A program made the translations under genes and the position numbers. Under the pieces are notes generated by a model. It worked only from the letters and a program-made list of their open reading frames with translations, had not been told where the DNA came from and searched no databases. Source: a virus (lineage: Duplodnaviria > Caudoviricetes). Taken from it: a stretch of 26,112 nucleotides of DNA. The stretch is from IMG/VR virus record IMGVR_UViG_3300044504_000122, positions 1-26,112 of that record; one strand, 5' to 3'. Shown here piece by piece: positions 1 to 9,262 of this stretch. Position 1 is the stretch's first letter; every line of letters begins with the position of its first letter.

Positions 1-508
1 GAAACGTTACAGGAGTGCTAACAACTGGTACGGCTGCCGATAAATCTACAGCCGCATAACTAGCAGAAGCACCACCAGATAGCACTGAAAGCGCTGCATC
101 ATAAACATACTTGCGATGCTCACCGCTACCAAATTGATATATCAATAAGAAATGCGCACTACCATCAGTTACCGCATATCCAATCCGACGGCATATATCA
201 TAACCATTTGGATATATAGGGGTAGCAGATGTTGATAAAATTACAGCAGGAACACTAAAGCCAACTTGCTGCCAAATAGCAAACACGTTATAAACGGTAC
301 TATTAGCTAAAGCGCCAGTGTCAATACCATTGGCACCAACAACAGCAGCATTTAACGTTAACGCTGAAGCAATGCGAAGATCGTAAGCATTTGTGCTATT
401 CGAGCATTCACCTGCCGCAACAGTTAAGGTGGTGTTAGACGCCCAACTAATGCCTAAGCCTTTTGTGTAAGGGCGGTTTTCGCGAATAGATTGAGACATT
501 GTAGTCAT
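1..508 (-). CDS. Virion structural protein (head decoration/fibre-like), runs off the left edge
   Basis: Not in the ORF track. Hand translation from ATG 508 (AGGAGA RBS at 517-522) gives MTTMSQSIRENRPYTKGLGISWASNTTLTVAAGEC...GANGIDTGALANSTVYNVFAI...PNGYDICRRIG, with no stop before base 1. Lies directly downstream of the coat gene. Confidence 0.75.
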   Translation of the reverse strand, partial: MTTMSQSIRENRPYTKGLGISWASNTTLTVAAGECSNSTNAYDLRIASALTLNAAVVGANGIDTGALANSTVYNVFAIWQQVGFSVPAVILSTSATPIYPNGYDICRRIGYAVTDGSAHFLLIYQFGSGEHRKYVYDAALSVLSGGASASYAAVDLSAAVPVVSTPVTF

Positions 509-527
509 ATTATTTTTCTCCTAATTG

Positions 528-1871
528 TTAAAGTGGGAATAAAATGCGTTTTGCATATGAAGGAACTAATGTAGATGCCCAAATACAGTCATGAATAACA
601 CGCTGAAAGTTCTGACCTGGTATTGTTGCATACGCCAATCTCATTGCCACACCAGTTTCAGGATCGCTTTCGGAATGACTATCAAATGGACTTTGAGCAG
701 GCAATCTTGGCATAGCAATATACAATGCCTTGTTTGATACCAACAACCCGCATTTATGACTTTTCATAACTTGGATTTTCATGCCAGCAACAATCGGCAT
801 ATCACAATTGCGATTAGCTCCAGCAGCCCAACAAATTCCTTTTTGCTCGTCGTCACAAATAACGCTAACAGTAATAGCAGTACTAACCGACGCGGCATCA
901 CTCTTGAACCGCACTTGTACAGGTTGGCTAGTTGCTACTTTGCCGTTACGTGTCGTAAAGTGAGGCGTAACACCAGAAACAGCTACGAATGAACCTAAGT
1001 CACCAGATTTTATTGCATCTGCATCATCAGTAACAGTCGTTGTGCATACAATTTCTGTTACATTTTGTCCCGTAACATCATTAACGCTCACAACAGTTAA
1101 AACATTATTTGGCGCTACTGCATTGCCAATTGATCCAGCAAAATGAACAGGAAGGACGTTAGATTTATAATAATGAACCAACGGTGTACCAAAATCCCCA
1201 ATTGTCCAGGATTGCGCCGTCTCTTCGTTACGATGAGGAACAAATTGCGCCAAACCAGAACCAATTACCGCTGGTACCTCTACGTTTGGAAGATATACAT
1301 TAAATTCACCACCTGGATTACCAATTTCAACAAAATCTTCTATCATTTGCTGCAATTGTTGATAGGAATTAATAGCCGTCGCTCCGTCTCCAAAAAACAT
1401 ATATGGTCCGCTTTCAGTACGTAAAGCTCCACTTGGTATCCAACGGCGAGAGTCGGTCGGGTCAACAACCATAACAGGTACATGGCTGTTGGCATTTAAT
1501 GCTACATTAGATTCAACTTTAGCAGCTAATGCGATAGACGCCGATCTACCAATTTTATCCATATATCTATCTTTATCTAAATTAAAGATTTTTTCAGGAT
1601 TTGTTAACTCTATTGACACGTGAGCCGCTTGGTCAACAGTAAGAGGGTGTAATCTTTGAGTTATTGGTTGGTCTATCGCTAACAAACCATCGGCAGCCTC
1701 AAAACGGTAAGTTAATTCCATATTGATGGTTGAGCCTAAATTAAGAGCAATATCTTGGAAATTTTCGAATTGTGTATTTGCAGTGCTAACTATACAGTTA
1801 GCGTTTTGAAATACAGCCAATTCACAAGGTTGGTACGTTTGTACCGCCTGTAAATAGTTAACAGTAGTCAT
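528..1871 (-). CDS. Major capsid protein, P22 gp5-like
   Basis: About 447 aa, start taken as ATG 1871 (TGGAG RBS upstream). NLGSTINMELTYRF N-terminal motif and C-terminal DPETGVAMRL..HDCIWASTLVP resemble the P22 coat family. Follows the scaffold gene. Confidence 0.8.
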   Translation of the reverse strand: MTTVNYLQAVQTYQPCELAVFQNANCIVSTANTQFENFQDIALNLGSTINMELTYRFEAADGLLAIDQPITQRLHPLTVDQAAHVSIELTNPEKIFNLDKDRYMDKIGRSASIALAAKVESNVALNANSHVPVMVVDPTDSRRWIPSGALRTESGPYMFFGDGATAINSYQQLQQMIEDFVEIGNPGGEFNVYLPNVEVPAVIGSGLAQFVPHRNEETAQSWTIGDFGTPLVHYYKSNVLPVHFAGSIGNAVAPNNVLTVVSVNDVTGQNVTEIVCTTTVTDDADAIKSGDLGSFVAVSGVTPHFTTRNGKVATSQPVQVRFKSDAASVSTAITVSVICDDEQKGICWAAGANRNCDMPIVAGMKIQVMKSHKCGLLVSNKALYIAMPRLPAQSPFDSHSESDPETGVAMRLAYATIPGQNFQRVIHDCIWASTLVPSYAKRILFPL

Positions 1872-1925
1872 TTGTAACTCCAAATATAAATTAATTATTA
1901 GGAGATAATGGCTTTACTGTCAACG

Positions 1926-2675
1926 CTAACAACGGTATTGAGGAAGTCTGCGTAGAGCAGAAATTGTTGATCTGCCATTATCCAATGCTTGCTGAGATGG
2001 CTTTTCATGCTCTAAGGGAGGATTTGCGGTGGGCTGTGTTTTGGCAGCTTCATTCGCTTTAATCTGTGATGATATTCTATTTAAAACTTGCTGTGCTTTA
2101 GCAAAAGCATAGCGATTGCTAGGGTCTCTGGCAGTTTCATAAAGCGCGGCTGGTATCTTCTCTGGGTTTTTCCCCAACTCATAAATTATATCAGCAGCGT
2201 TTTCATAAGAATTAAATAAAACCGCTGTATTTGACGTTACAATATCCGCAAGATTATTTGTAACATCTTTATAATCCGCATAACGATCATAAGCCCCAGT
2301 TATTTTGCCGATAAGAGAATTAGTCGTCGCCATCACATTATTTTGAGCAACTAAGTGCTGAACAGCAGCACGTGTTCGATCAATATCTTGCTGGCTTAGA
2401 TCAACAGCGGGCGCCGCAGATTGCTGCTGAGCAAATTTCTGCTCGTACTCTGCCCTAGTTTTTTCTGTCGCTTCTCTTGCCGCTTTAGCCGCTATTCTAT
2501 TAACGGCTTCTCTATCATAAACCCCAAAATCTTTGCTCTTTTCTGCTTTACCTTCTACCCCTCTATCTACAACAGGAGCAGGTTGGGCTGAAACAGAATC
2601 TGTTTTTACTTCGCTACTGGTATCAACAGAAGAAGCATCGCCCCCGCTTGCTAAATTAGAATTTTCATCAGTCAT
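1926..2675 (-). CDS. Capsid scaffolding protein
   Basis: 249 aa, helical and low-complexity with an acidic N-terminus, YADYKDV..AADIIYELGKNPEK motif and basic C-terminal tip. Immediately upstream of the coat gene. Confidence 0.7.
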   Translation of the reverse strand: MTDENSNLASGGDASSVDTSSEVKTDSVSAQPAPVVDRGVEGKAEKSKDFGVYDREAVNRIAAKAAREATEKTRAEYEQKFAQQQSAAPAVDLSQQDIDRTRAAVQHLVAQNNVMATTNSLIGKITGAYDRYADYKDVTNNLADIVTSNTAVLFNSYENAADIIYELGKNPEKIPAALYETARDPSNRYAFAKAQQVLNRISSQIKANEAAKTQPTANPPLEHEKPSQQALDNGRSTISALRRLPQYRC

Positions 2676-2691
2676 AGAAAGCCATACCTTC

Positions 2692-2739
2692 GATTATTAA
2701 GCGCATCACCGTTAATTTGATTATTTGGCGCATCACCGT
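2692..2739. repeat. Direct repeat GATTATTnnGCGCATCACCGT x2 (27 bp period) in the scaffold 5' leader
   Basis: Copies at 2692-2712 and 2719-2739, 19 of 21 identical. Confidence 0.85.
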
Positions 2740-2784
2740 AGTAAATCACATCAATTATTTATATTGATGCAAATATTACTATAA

Positions 2785-2813
2785 AATATATATATGTTTT
2801 CTTTTTATGTCAA
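2785..2813 (-). promoter_or_regulatory. Sigma70-type promoter for the scaffold-coat operon
   Basis: Minus strand TTGACA (2813-2808), 17 bp spacer, TATATT (2790-2785). Confidence 0.6.
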
Positions 2814-2880
2814 CAAATATATAATAAAAAAGAAATTTTTACTTGCTCCACGTGAAACATTTACTACACAGGATAAAAAT

Positions 2881-5076
2881 ATGACAGAAATAGCGCAAAA
2901 ATATCAAGATGAACTAGAACGGATAAAAAAAAATATAGAAAATTCATATAACTGGTTTAAAGAGAATTATAAAAATTTTAATAGGACGATGTCTTATCTT
3001 TTTAAAACACAATTAACAAAAGAATATAAAAAATTATTAACAGATTTAAATAAACCATCTTTAGAATTTAATGTCTTAGAGGCATTCATTTCTAAACTTT
3101 GTGGCGAATTTTCCGACCAAGAGCCTTCCCTGAAGGTTTCTAATGATTTTAATGCCCCTACAAATTCAAAAGTCATTAATGTGGTAGAAGGACATCTTCG
3201 CCACATACTAGACAACGCCAGAAAAGACAACACCTTATACAGAACATTTAGAAATACAACCGCAGGCGGCTTCTCTGTATTGAAAGTATGGACAGAGTAC
3301 GCCCACCCAATGAGCATGGACCAAGTAATAAAATTTGGGGAGGTATACTCGCCTACGCTAACTTTTTTCGACCCAAATGCCCGCCAGCCGCACAAAGGGG
3401 ACGGAAACTTTTGCGGGGAAATATTCCCAGTCACAGAGGACGACTTTGAGCGTGAATATCCCGATATTGATATAAAGAAAATAGGAAGGTCCGCATATCT
3501 AGGAGATTTTAAGTGGGGATATTTAAATAATAGCAACAAAAAAATTATATTAAAATGCCACTATTACGAAAAAAAGAAAAAAAGAATAAGAATTGTGCAA
3601 TTGGTAAAAAGCCGATTCGGCGAAGGCATAGTTATACCAATGGATCAATACAAAGAACTTAGCGAAAACTGGGATAACTTAGGATTTCCTGAACCACTGC
3701 CAGCAATACTTGGCAAACCACGATGGACGGATATCGAAACAATAGTCAGATATACCATTATCGAAACTCAAATATTAAAACGCGAGGAAACCGACTATAC
3801 GATATTTCCACTAATTTTTGCCGATGGGAACTCTGAAATTATACAAGATGACGATAATACAATACATCAACTAACGCGCTCCTATATTAAAAACGCAAAA
3901 GGCATGCAGGATTTAATGAATTTTGCAGGCAATACGATGGGGCAAGAATTATCAAATATAATACAACACCAATTTACTATAGCCGAAGAAGCTTTACCCA
4001 AACAAACTAAATACAAAGAAGCTTATCAAGACACACAACATGCCGATCTATTGGTATACCGAGCTTATAGCGACAAAGAAATAACAAAACCCCTACCACC
4101 GCCTACCGTTGTCCAACGCCAAGCTATCCCTCCTCAGATCAGCGAAACATTTATTAACGCCCCGCAAACTGTACAAGTTTCACTCGGGGCTTATGATGCC
4201 TCTATAGTCAACACGCAAAATCCTATCCTTAGCGGGAAAGCCATTGTACAAGGAAACAAGGCTGCAAATGCCGCCTCTAAACCTTATCTTGTAAATATTA
4301 TCTGCTCACTTAATCGCGTGCTAGAATGCTGCCTGTCGTTAATTCCAAAATACTATATTACTCCACGAACAATACCCGTTATTGATGCAGACGGCAAAAG
4401 AAGCGCACAGCTAATCAATGTGCAAGGTAACCCGCAAAGCATCAACATGCAGTACGATGATAATGTATTGCAAGTGTCGGTTGAGGCGGGACCGTCTTTC
4501 GCGATCCAACAGGATGAAGCTTTAATGCAAGTCATGTCATTAGCAAACTCGATGCCTGGGTTCGCAGATTTCATCCAAAAGAAAGGGTTAAAATATATTA
4601 TCGACTGCTTGCATATCAAAGGCATTGATCAATTAAAAGAACTCGTTACCGTCTACCAATCTGAAATGGAACAACAGCAAAAACAAATGATGCAAATGCA
4701 GCAGCAATCCGTTATGAATAACCCAGCAATGCAAAAATTGCAGTTAGAAAAAGAGAAAATTGCATCACATGAAAGAGTGGAAGACGCCTACACCCAATTG
4801 GAAACCGCAAAAGTGGCAGTAAGCCAACAAAAAATGGAAAACGAAAAGCTGAAAACTATGGCAGATATAAGCAATGCCAACGTAGAAGCCCAAATTAAAA
4901 TAGATTCCCACCAAACAGAAAAGGCACGCATAGCAGCGGATATGGCTATAAATGCGTCAAAAGAATTACACGCCCAAAATATATCAACCCATAAAATAGG
5001 TCATGAAATAACAAAAACTATCCTAGACCACCACCACAAACAACAACAATTAAATAAAGAGGAAACCACTGAATGA
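2881..5076 (+). CDS. Portal protein, P22 gp1-like
   Basis: About 731 aa from ATG 2881 (AGGA upstream). KPSLEFNVLEAFISKLCGE, FFDPNA..DG.FC, LSGKAI and VSVEAGPSF motifs, plus a long Q-rich coiled-coil C-terminus like the P22 portal barrel. Adjacent to TerL. Confidence 0.85.
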   Translation: MTEIAQKYQDELERIKKNIENSYNWFKENYKNFNRTMSYLFKTQLTKEYKKLLTDLNKPSLEFNVLEAFISKLCGEFSDQEPSLKVSNDFNAPTNSKVINVVEGHLRHILDNARKDNTLYRTFRNTTAGGFSVLKVWTEYAHPMSMDQVIKFGEVYSPTLTFFDPNARQPHKGDGNFCGEIFPVTEDDFEREYPDIDIKKIGRSAYLGDFKWGYLNNSNKKIILKCHYYEKKKKRIRIVQLVKSRFGEGIVIPMDQYKELSENWDNLGFPEPLPAILGKPRWTDIETIVRYTIIETQILKREETDYTIFPLIFADGNSEIIQDDDNTIHQLTRSYIKNAKGMQDLMNFAGNTMGQELSNIIQHQFTIAEEALPKQTKYKEAYQDTQHADLLVYRAYSDKEITKPLPPPTVVQRQAIPPQISETFINAPQTVQVSLGAYDASIVNTQNPILSGKAIVQGNKAANAASKPYLVNIICSLNRVLECCLSLIPKYYITPRTIPVIDADGKRSAQLINVQGNPQSINMQYDDNVLQVSVEAGPSFAIQQDEALMQVMSLANSMPGFADFIQKKGLKYIIDCLHIKGIDQLKELVTVYQSEMEQQQKQMMQMQQQSVMNNPAMQKLQLEKEKIASHERVEDAYTQLETAKVAVSQQKMENEKLKTMADISNANVEAQIKIDSHQTEKARIAADMAINASKELHAQNISTHKIGHEITKTILDHHHKQQQLNKEETTE

Positions 5077-5372
5077 AAACGCTTGTATCTATGAAATGCG
5101 CTATCTGCAACGGAAATAAAATAGTCAGGAAATCAGGCGGGCTACGCGTAACTTGCGATGCTTGCGACGGGAAAGGAAAGCAAACCGCCGCCATAGCTAA
5201 AGATGAAACGGCAGACGGCACAATTTGCGAATGCCCGCACTGCTTAGGATCGGGGAAAATTTGGAATAGCGAAGAAATAAAAAAAGCACTAGAACCACCA
5301 GTTGAACCACCAACTATTACTCCTATTACTCCATTAACCAAAAAAAAACGCGGGAGACCTAAAAGAAAATGA
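5073..5372 (+). CDS. DnaJ-type zinc-finger protein with C-terminal AT-hook-like motif
   Basis: Three CxxCxGxG/K repeats (CAICNGNK, CDACDGKG, CPHCLGSG); ends KKKRGRPKRK; ATGA overlap with the portal stop. Confidence 0.7.
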   Translation: MKTLVSMKCAICNGNKIVRKSGGLRVTCDACDGKGKQTAAIAKDETADGTICECPHCLGSGKIWNSEEIKKALEPPVEPPTITPITPLTKKKRGRPKRK

Positions 5373-5578
5373 AAACAACAGCTAAACTAACGGGCAAATT
5401 TATCAAGCCAAAACATAAATCATATGAAAAAAAAGAACTAAAAAAAGGCATAAAGGTTGAGCGCGAACACTCGCCTACCAAAAAAATACAAGAAAATATA
5501 TCTAAAAACCACTTAGACGAAGACAAAAACTATTACAAAAAGCTTGCCAAAATGGAACGCAAACATAAGCGAAAATGA
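5369..5578 (+). CDS. Small basic phage protein, DUF5661-like
   Basis: ELKKGIKVEREH...NHLDEDKNYYKKL matches my recollection of the DUF5661 pattern; ATGA-coupled on both sides. Confidence 0.65.
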   Translation: MKTTAKLTGKFIKPKHKSYEKKELKKGIKVEREHSPTKKIQENISKNHLDEDKNYYKKLAKMERKHKRK

Positions 5579-7131
5579 CCAATGACCTACCAGATAAACT
5601 GCTTGACCTAAAAGCGGAGCTACTATCCTCTCTACTACGCTTTACGCAATTTTTTTATGAAGTGATCCATAAGCGAGAATTTATTGTTGACTTGCCGAAC
5701 GGCAGAGAAAGCCCGCAAATCACACTCTGCCGCTATTTCACAAAAGCTTTTAACTTGGAATTATCTAACCTCTTAATAAATATAGAACCAGGAAGCGGGA
5801 AATCGGAAATATGCAAGTTTTTTATCGCGTTTGCAATGGCGCGTTATCCAGATAGCCAGTTTATTTATACCTCATTTAGCCACGAACTCGCAGCTAAACA
5901 CACGTACGGCATTAAAGAAATTATGAGCCACCCAATGTACCGCCAATTGTTCGGCGTGCGAGTACGACAAGATAGCTCCGCAAAAGATAATTTCCTTACA
6001 GAAGCAGGCGGTCGCGTATATGCAGCAGGAGCTACGGGGACAGTGACAGGATTTAACGCTGGACTGCCAATCAAAGATAGATTTAGCGGCGCACTAATTA
6101 TGGACGATATGCACAACCCTAACGAAGTATACAGCGAAACAATGCGAAATAGCGTTAAAGAAAACTACCTAAATACTCTATCTACTAGAAAACGTAGCCC
6201 AGTTGTACCAAGTGTCTTTATTGGTCAACGCTTGCACCAAGACGACTTACCCGCTAACTTAATAAAAAATTTTGACGGGCAAACTTGGGAAACCGTAATA
6301 CTCCCATCACTAGATGAAAACTCCAACGTCCTTTGCCCTCGCGTTAGACCAATAGAGACATTAATAAAGCTTAGGAAATACCAACCTTACGTCTTTGCCG
6401 CTCAGTGCCAGCAGGATCCAATACCAGCGGGCGGCGGAATATTTAAAGAAGGGGATTTTATAACATTAGATGACGAACCAAATATATTCGCTACCTTCCT
6501 AACTGTCGATACAGCCGAAACTGCTAACACGCTAAACGACCCATCCGTATTTAGCTTCTGGGGTGCTTATAAAGTTAAACAGGTCGGCGTTGAAACTAAC
6601 TTACTCGCCCTGCACTGGCTAGACTGTAGAGAAATATGGGTGGAACCAAGAGACTTAGAAAGTGAACTACTGGACTTCTACTCAAACTGCTTGCGCCATA
6701 AAATCCCGCCGATTGAGATCTGCATAGAAAAAAAAAGTACTGGCGTTACGCTATCTAGCACACTAAGCCAAGTGCAAGGCTTGAAAATAACCAATGTAGA
6801 ACGCACTAAAGCAAGTGGAAATAAAGCCACCCGCTACATAGAGACACAAAAATATGCAGCAATGCACTTGATAACCCTCCCAGCCAATGCGGCCCACACT
6901 CAAATGTGCATAAAACACATGTCACAGTTAACGGACAACATGACACACAAGCATGATGATATAGCTGACACTTACTACGACGCAGTAAAAATTGCATTAA
7001 TTGACAGATCCCTGATTGGATTAAAGCACCAGCTAACAGAAACGGCAGAAGAAGCAGAAACGGCGGATGCACTGACTGCTACTTTTCAAAAAATACAATC
7101 CGCATTTAAATATGGGTCGATCTACCATTAA
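5575..7131 (+). CDS. terL: Terminase large subunit
   Basis: Walker A IEPGSGKS, Walker B LIMDD, GQRLHQDDL, QCQQDP, nuclease motifs LTVDTA and HDDIADT. Confidence 0.95.
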   Translation: MTNDLPDKLLDLKAELLSSLLRFTQFFYEVIHKREFIVDLPNGRESPQITLCRYFTKAFNLELSNLLINIEPGSGKSEICKFFIAFAMARYPDSQFIYTSFSHELAAKHTYGIKEIMSHPMYRQLFGVRVRQDSSAKDNFLTEAGGRVYAAGATGTVTGFNAGLPIKDRFSGALIMDDMHNPNEVYSETMRNSVKENYLNTLSTRKRSPVVPSVFIGQRLHQDDLPANLIKNFDGQTWETVILPSLDENSNVLCPRVRPIETLIKLRKYQPYVFAAQCQQDPIPAGGGIFKEGDFITLDDEPNIFATFLTVDTAETANTLNDPSVFSFWGAYKVKQVGVETNLLALHWLDCREIWVEPRDLESELLDFYSNCLRHKIPPIEICIEKKSTGVTLSSTLSQVQGLKITNVERTKASGNKATRYIETQKYAAMHLITLPANAAHTQMCIKHMSQLTDNMTHKHDDIADTYYDAVKIALIDRSLIGLKHQLTETAEEAETADALTATFQKIQSAFKYGSIYH

Positions 7132-7151
7132 CTCTCCCTCTCGCCTTTCCA

Positions 7152-7583
7152 CTAAAAATCGCGCTCCTTCTCTTTTATTTTTTTTAGCAGTGTCTGCGCG
7201 TCTTCCAGTTCCGCCGCCACATTGACATTTAGCGATTGAGCTGGCGCATGGTGACCTTGCATCCTGTTGGCTTCGTTGATAGCAGCAATAACAACACTTG
7301 GTGCAGCTCCCTGGAGGTTGCCGCGATTGATTATAGTCGCGAGCGTCTCGATCTTGTCAGCATACGCGAGTTCTGTTTTTTTACCAGCCTGCTTAATCAG
7401 TTTAGTGATGCGCCCACACAGATAATCTTGCACTAGTGCGTTATGTAAAATTTGCGATGATGCGCTGTCGATATTTTTCCCGGAGTACCCGGCAGCAAGC
7501 GCAGCCGCTCGCTTATCCCTACTCACGAGATACGACTCGCAAAAAGCAAGCTGTCGAGTCGTGAGCTTTTTAGCAACCCTCAC
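7152..7583 (-). CDS. terS: Terminase small subunit
   Basis: KLTTRQLAFCESYL..AAALAAGYS..ASSQILHNALVQDYL is the typical TerS HTH N-terminus. GTG 7583 was chosen as start (purine-rich upstream); the exact start is uncertain. Confidence 0.8.
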   Translation of the reverse strand: MRVAKKLTTRQLAFCESYLVSRDKRAAALAAGYSGKNIDSASSQILHNALVQDYLCGRITKLIKQAGKKTELAYADKIETLATIINRGNLQGAAPSVVIAAINEANRMQGHHAPAQSLNVNVAAELEDAQTLLKKIKEKERDF

Positions 7584-7690
7584 TCCTCCGCCCCTATCGC
7601 GTCTACCAAGTGTTTTGTAAATTCCCGATCTGGTTTTTCTGTACATACATCTATGTATATACAAAGTTAGCGACCATGTCAATGGGTATG

Positions 7691-7749
7691 GTTATACATT
7701 ATATATATGTATAGTTAGTTAGTTATACATTATATATATATATATGTAT
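7691..7749. repeat. Duplicated GTTATACAT(TA)nTGTAT palindromic AT repeats
   Basis: Copies at 7691-7712 and 7722-7749 differ only in (TA)n length. Confidence 0.75.
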
Positions 7750-7758
7750 TACTTAGTA

Positions 7759-7935
7759 TTACTTACGCATTTTGCGGAGTGTCTTAGCTAGTCGCGCTCT
7801 GCGTCCCAGCTTACCACCGGCCCCTGCCGCTCTATCTAGAGTAGCGGCAGGGATTTTCTCACCTTTTTTTATGCCTAAGCTTTTGCGTAGTGAGCCCTTT
7901 TTTTTGATCGCACTAGCTATCCAAGTTTTAGACAT
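7759..7935 (-). CDS. Small, highly basic conserved phage protein
   Basis: MSKTWIASAIKKKGSLRKSLGIKKGEKIP...GKLGRRARLAKTLRKM; GAGGGG RBS upstream of ATG 7935. The pattern is familiar from podophage head modules; function unknown. Confidence 0.75.
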   Translation of the reverse strand: MSKTWIASAIKKKGSLRKSLGIKKGEKIPAATLDRAAGAGGKLGRRARLAKTLRKMRK

Positions 7936-7949
7936 ATTACCCCTCACTT

Positions 7950-8442
7950 GTAGTAATTTTTACTTTATTTGTTATCACATGATAATAGCAGCCTTTACCA
8001 GCAGCGCACCACAGCATCTTTATGCGTCACCCCATGCCACTTAGGCGTATGACCCGCTTGATGCACTGCTGGGCTTATAGCTAGCTTATAGCTTATATAC
8101 TTACAGCATCGTGCCATAGTAGCAAAATTTGCATTGTTTTACAAGTACTTTTGCATTTACTTTCAATAATGGTAGTAAATTTTACTATGTATAGATGGTG
8201 GTAGCTGTTATTGATATAGTTCCGTGCTGTAAAATTTGCATTGGATAGTAGTAAAATTTGCATCGCCCTTATTTATACTCCTTATAAGATCATCCTCCTA
8301 CCAAAAAAAGCTCCTTACCGGGTATTAGCACGCTCTACCCTCCTGGTCAGACCCAGCATCCAACTTAAAAAATATTACCTAGATTTAGTAGTAAAATTAG
8401 CTATATTTAGTAGAAAAAAAAGATAGTAGTAAAATTTACTAC
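7950..8442. repeat. Dispersed repeats with core (TA)GTAGTAAAATTT(GCAT/ACTA), about 7 copies
   Basis: Copies start near 7950, 8117, 8172, 8229, 8246, 8386 and 8424; two are palindromic (8173-8187, 8426-8442). Confidence 0.8.
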
Positions 8443-8634
8443 AATTGAGTGGTATTTTTGCAGGGACGAAAAAAATACACACTTCAGCTCTTCCGTTTGT
8501 GAAACTAACTTTGTTTCTTGCTTTTTTATTTGCTTTTTTCTCCCGCTCGCAAATTGATACGGGTATTGTGCTGTCGCTTATTTGAGATGTGCTTGCTGAT
8601 GTTTGGTGTCTTAAAAAAGCATGAATAAGAATTT

Positions 8635-8663
8635 AGTTTATCACATTTTTCACCGAAAGTCAA
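8635..8663 (-). promoter_or_regulatory. Leftward sigma70-type promoter with extended -10
   Basis: Minus strand TTGACT, 17 bp spacer, TGnTAAACT; (AATGAAAATA)x3 at 8671-8700 lies in the UP-element position. Confidence 0.5.
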
Positions 8664-8832
8664 TAGCGAAAATGAAAATAAATGAAAATAAATGAAAATA
8701 ATTAGTACTCAAGGGAAAGTTAAGGAAAAGTTAAGAGAAGGAGTGTCCGCTGTTTCTATCCTTTTTCGAGGAAAGCACGTATTGATTTACGACAGTTCGA
8801 AACGGCGGCAATTCCAGTACTATTATATAACA

Positions 8833-8902
8833 TAAAATAAATAAATAAATAAATAAATAAATAAAATAAATGTTGACAAGTGCCACGCCTACAGTATATA
8901 CT
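8833..8902 (+). promoter_or_regulatory. Strong rightward early promoter with (AAAT)n UP tract
   Basis: TTGACA 8873-8878, 18 bp spacer, TATACT 8897-8902; (AAAT)n at about 8833-8871. Shares TTGACAAG..CAGTATA with the promoter at 16308. Confidence 0.7.
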
Positions 8903-8927
8903 ATTGTTATATTAATAATAACAAAAC

Positions 8928-8978
8928 GCAGAGCGGTTAAAAAACATCGTAAAACAAAGCACATTTTAACCGCTCTGC
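8928..8978. other. Perfect 15 bp inverted repeat in the early leader
   Basis: GCAGAGCGGTTAAAA (8928-8942) and TTTTAACCGCTCTGC (8964-8978) with a 21 nt loop. Confidence 0.85.
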
Positions 8979-9028
8979 AAATAAAATAAAATAAAATTAT
9001 TATTAACTAAAAATTGGAGATTAAAAAA

Positions 9029-9199
9029 ATGAATACAGAAATGTACAGAAAGCAAAGCGGCTGTTTATTTAAATTTTCTGAAAAGCATCGTGCATACGTG
9101 CAAGTGTATCGCAACGATCGCATAAGAACATTAGCCGGATTAATCGCAGAATATGAAGCAGAGTATGAAGACGAGTATGAAGAAGAATATGAGGACTAG
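9029..9199 (+). CDS. Small early protein with acidic tail, copy A
   Basis: ATG follows the conserved leader; near-identical paralogue at 9753; tail EYEAEYEDEYEEEYED. Confidence 0.8.
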   Translation: MNTEMYRKQSGCLFKFSEKHRAYVQVYRNDRIRTLAGLIAEYEAEYEDEYEEEYED

Positions 9200-9262
9200 C
9201 AAGGCAACAATATTTACTGCCGCAAAGGCAGCTTATTACAAACTAAAATTGGAGACAGAAAA

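Noticed and set aside
756-7436. Antisense ORFs nested in the coat, portal, terL and terS genes (likewise those in the primase and Sak4-like genes)
   Set aside because: Fully overlap well-supported genes on the opposite strand and carry no motifs.
8241-8964. ORFs 8241-8426 (+) and 8731-8964 (-)
   Set aside because: No RBS; they run through repeat and promoter sequence and are likely spurious.
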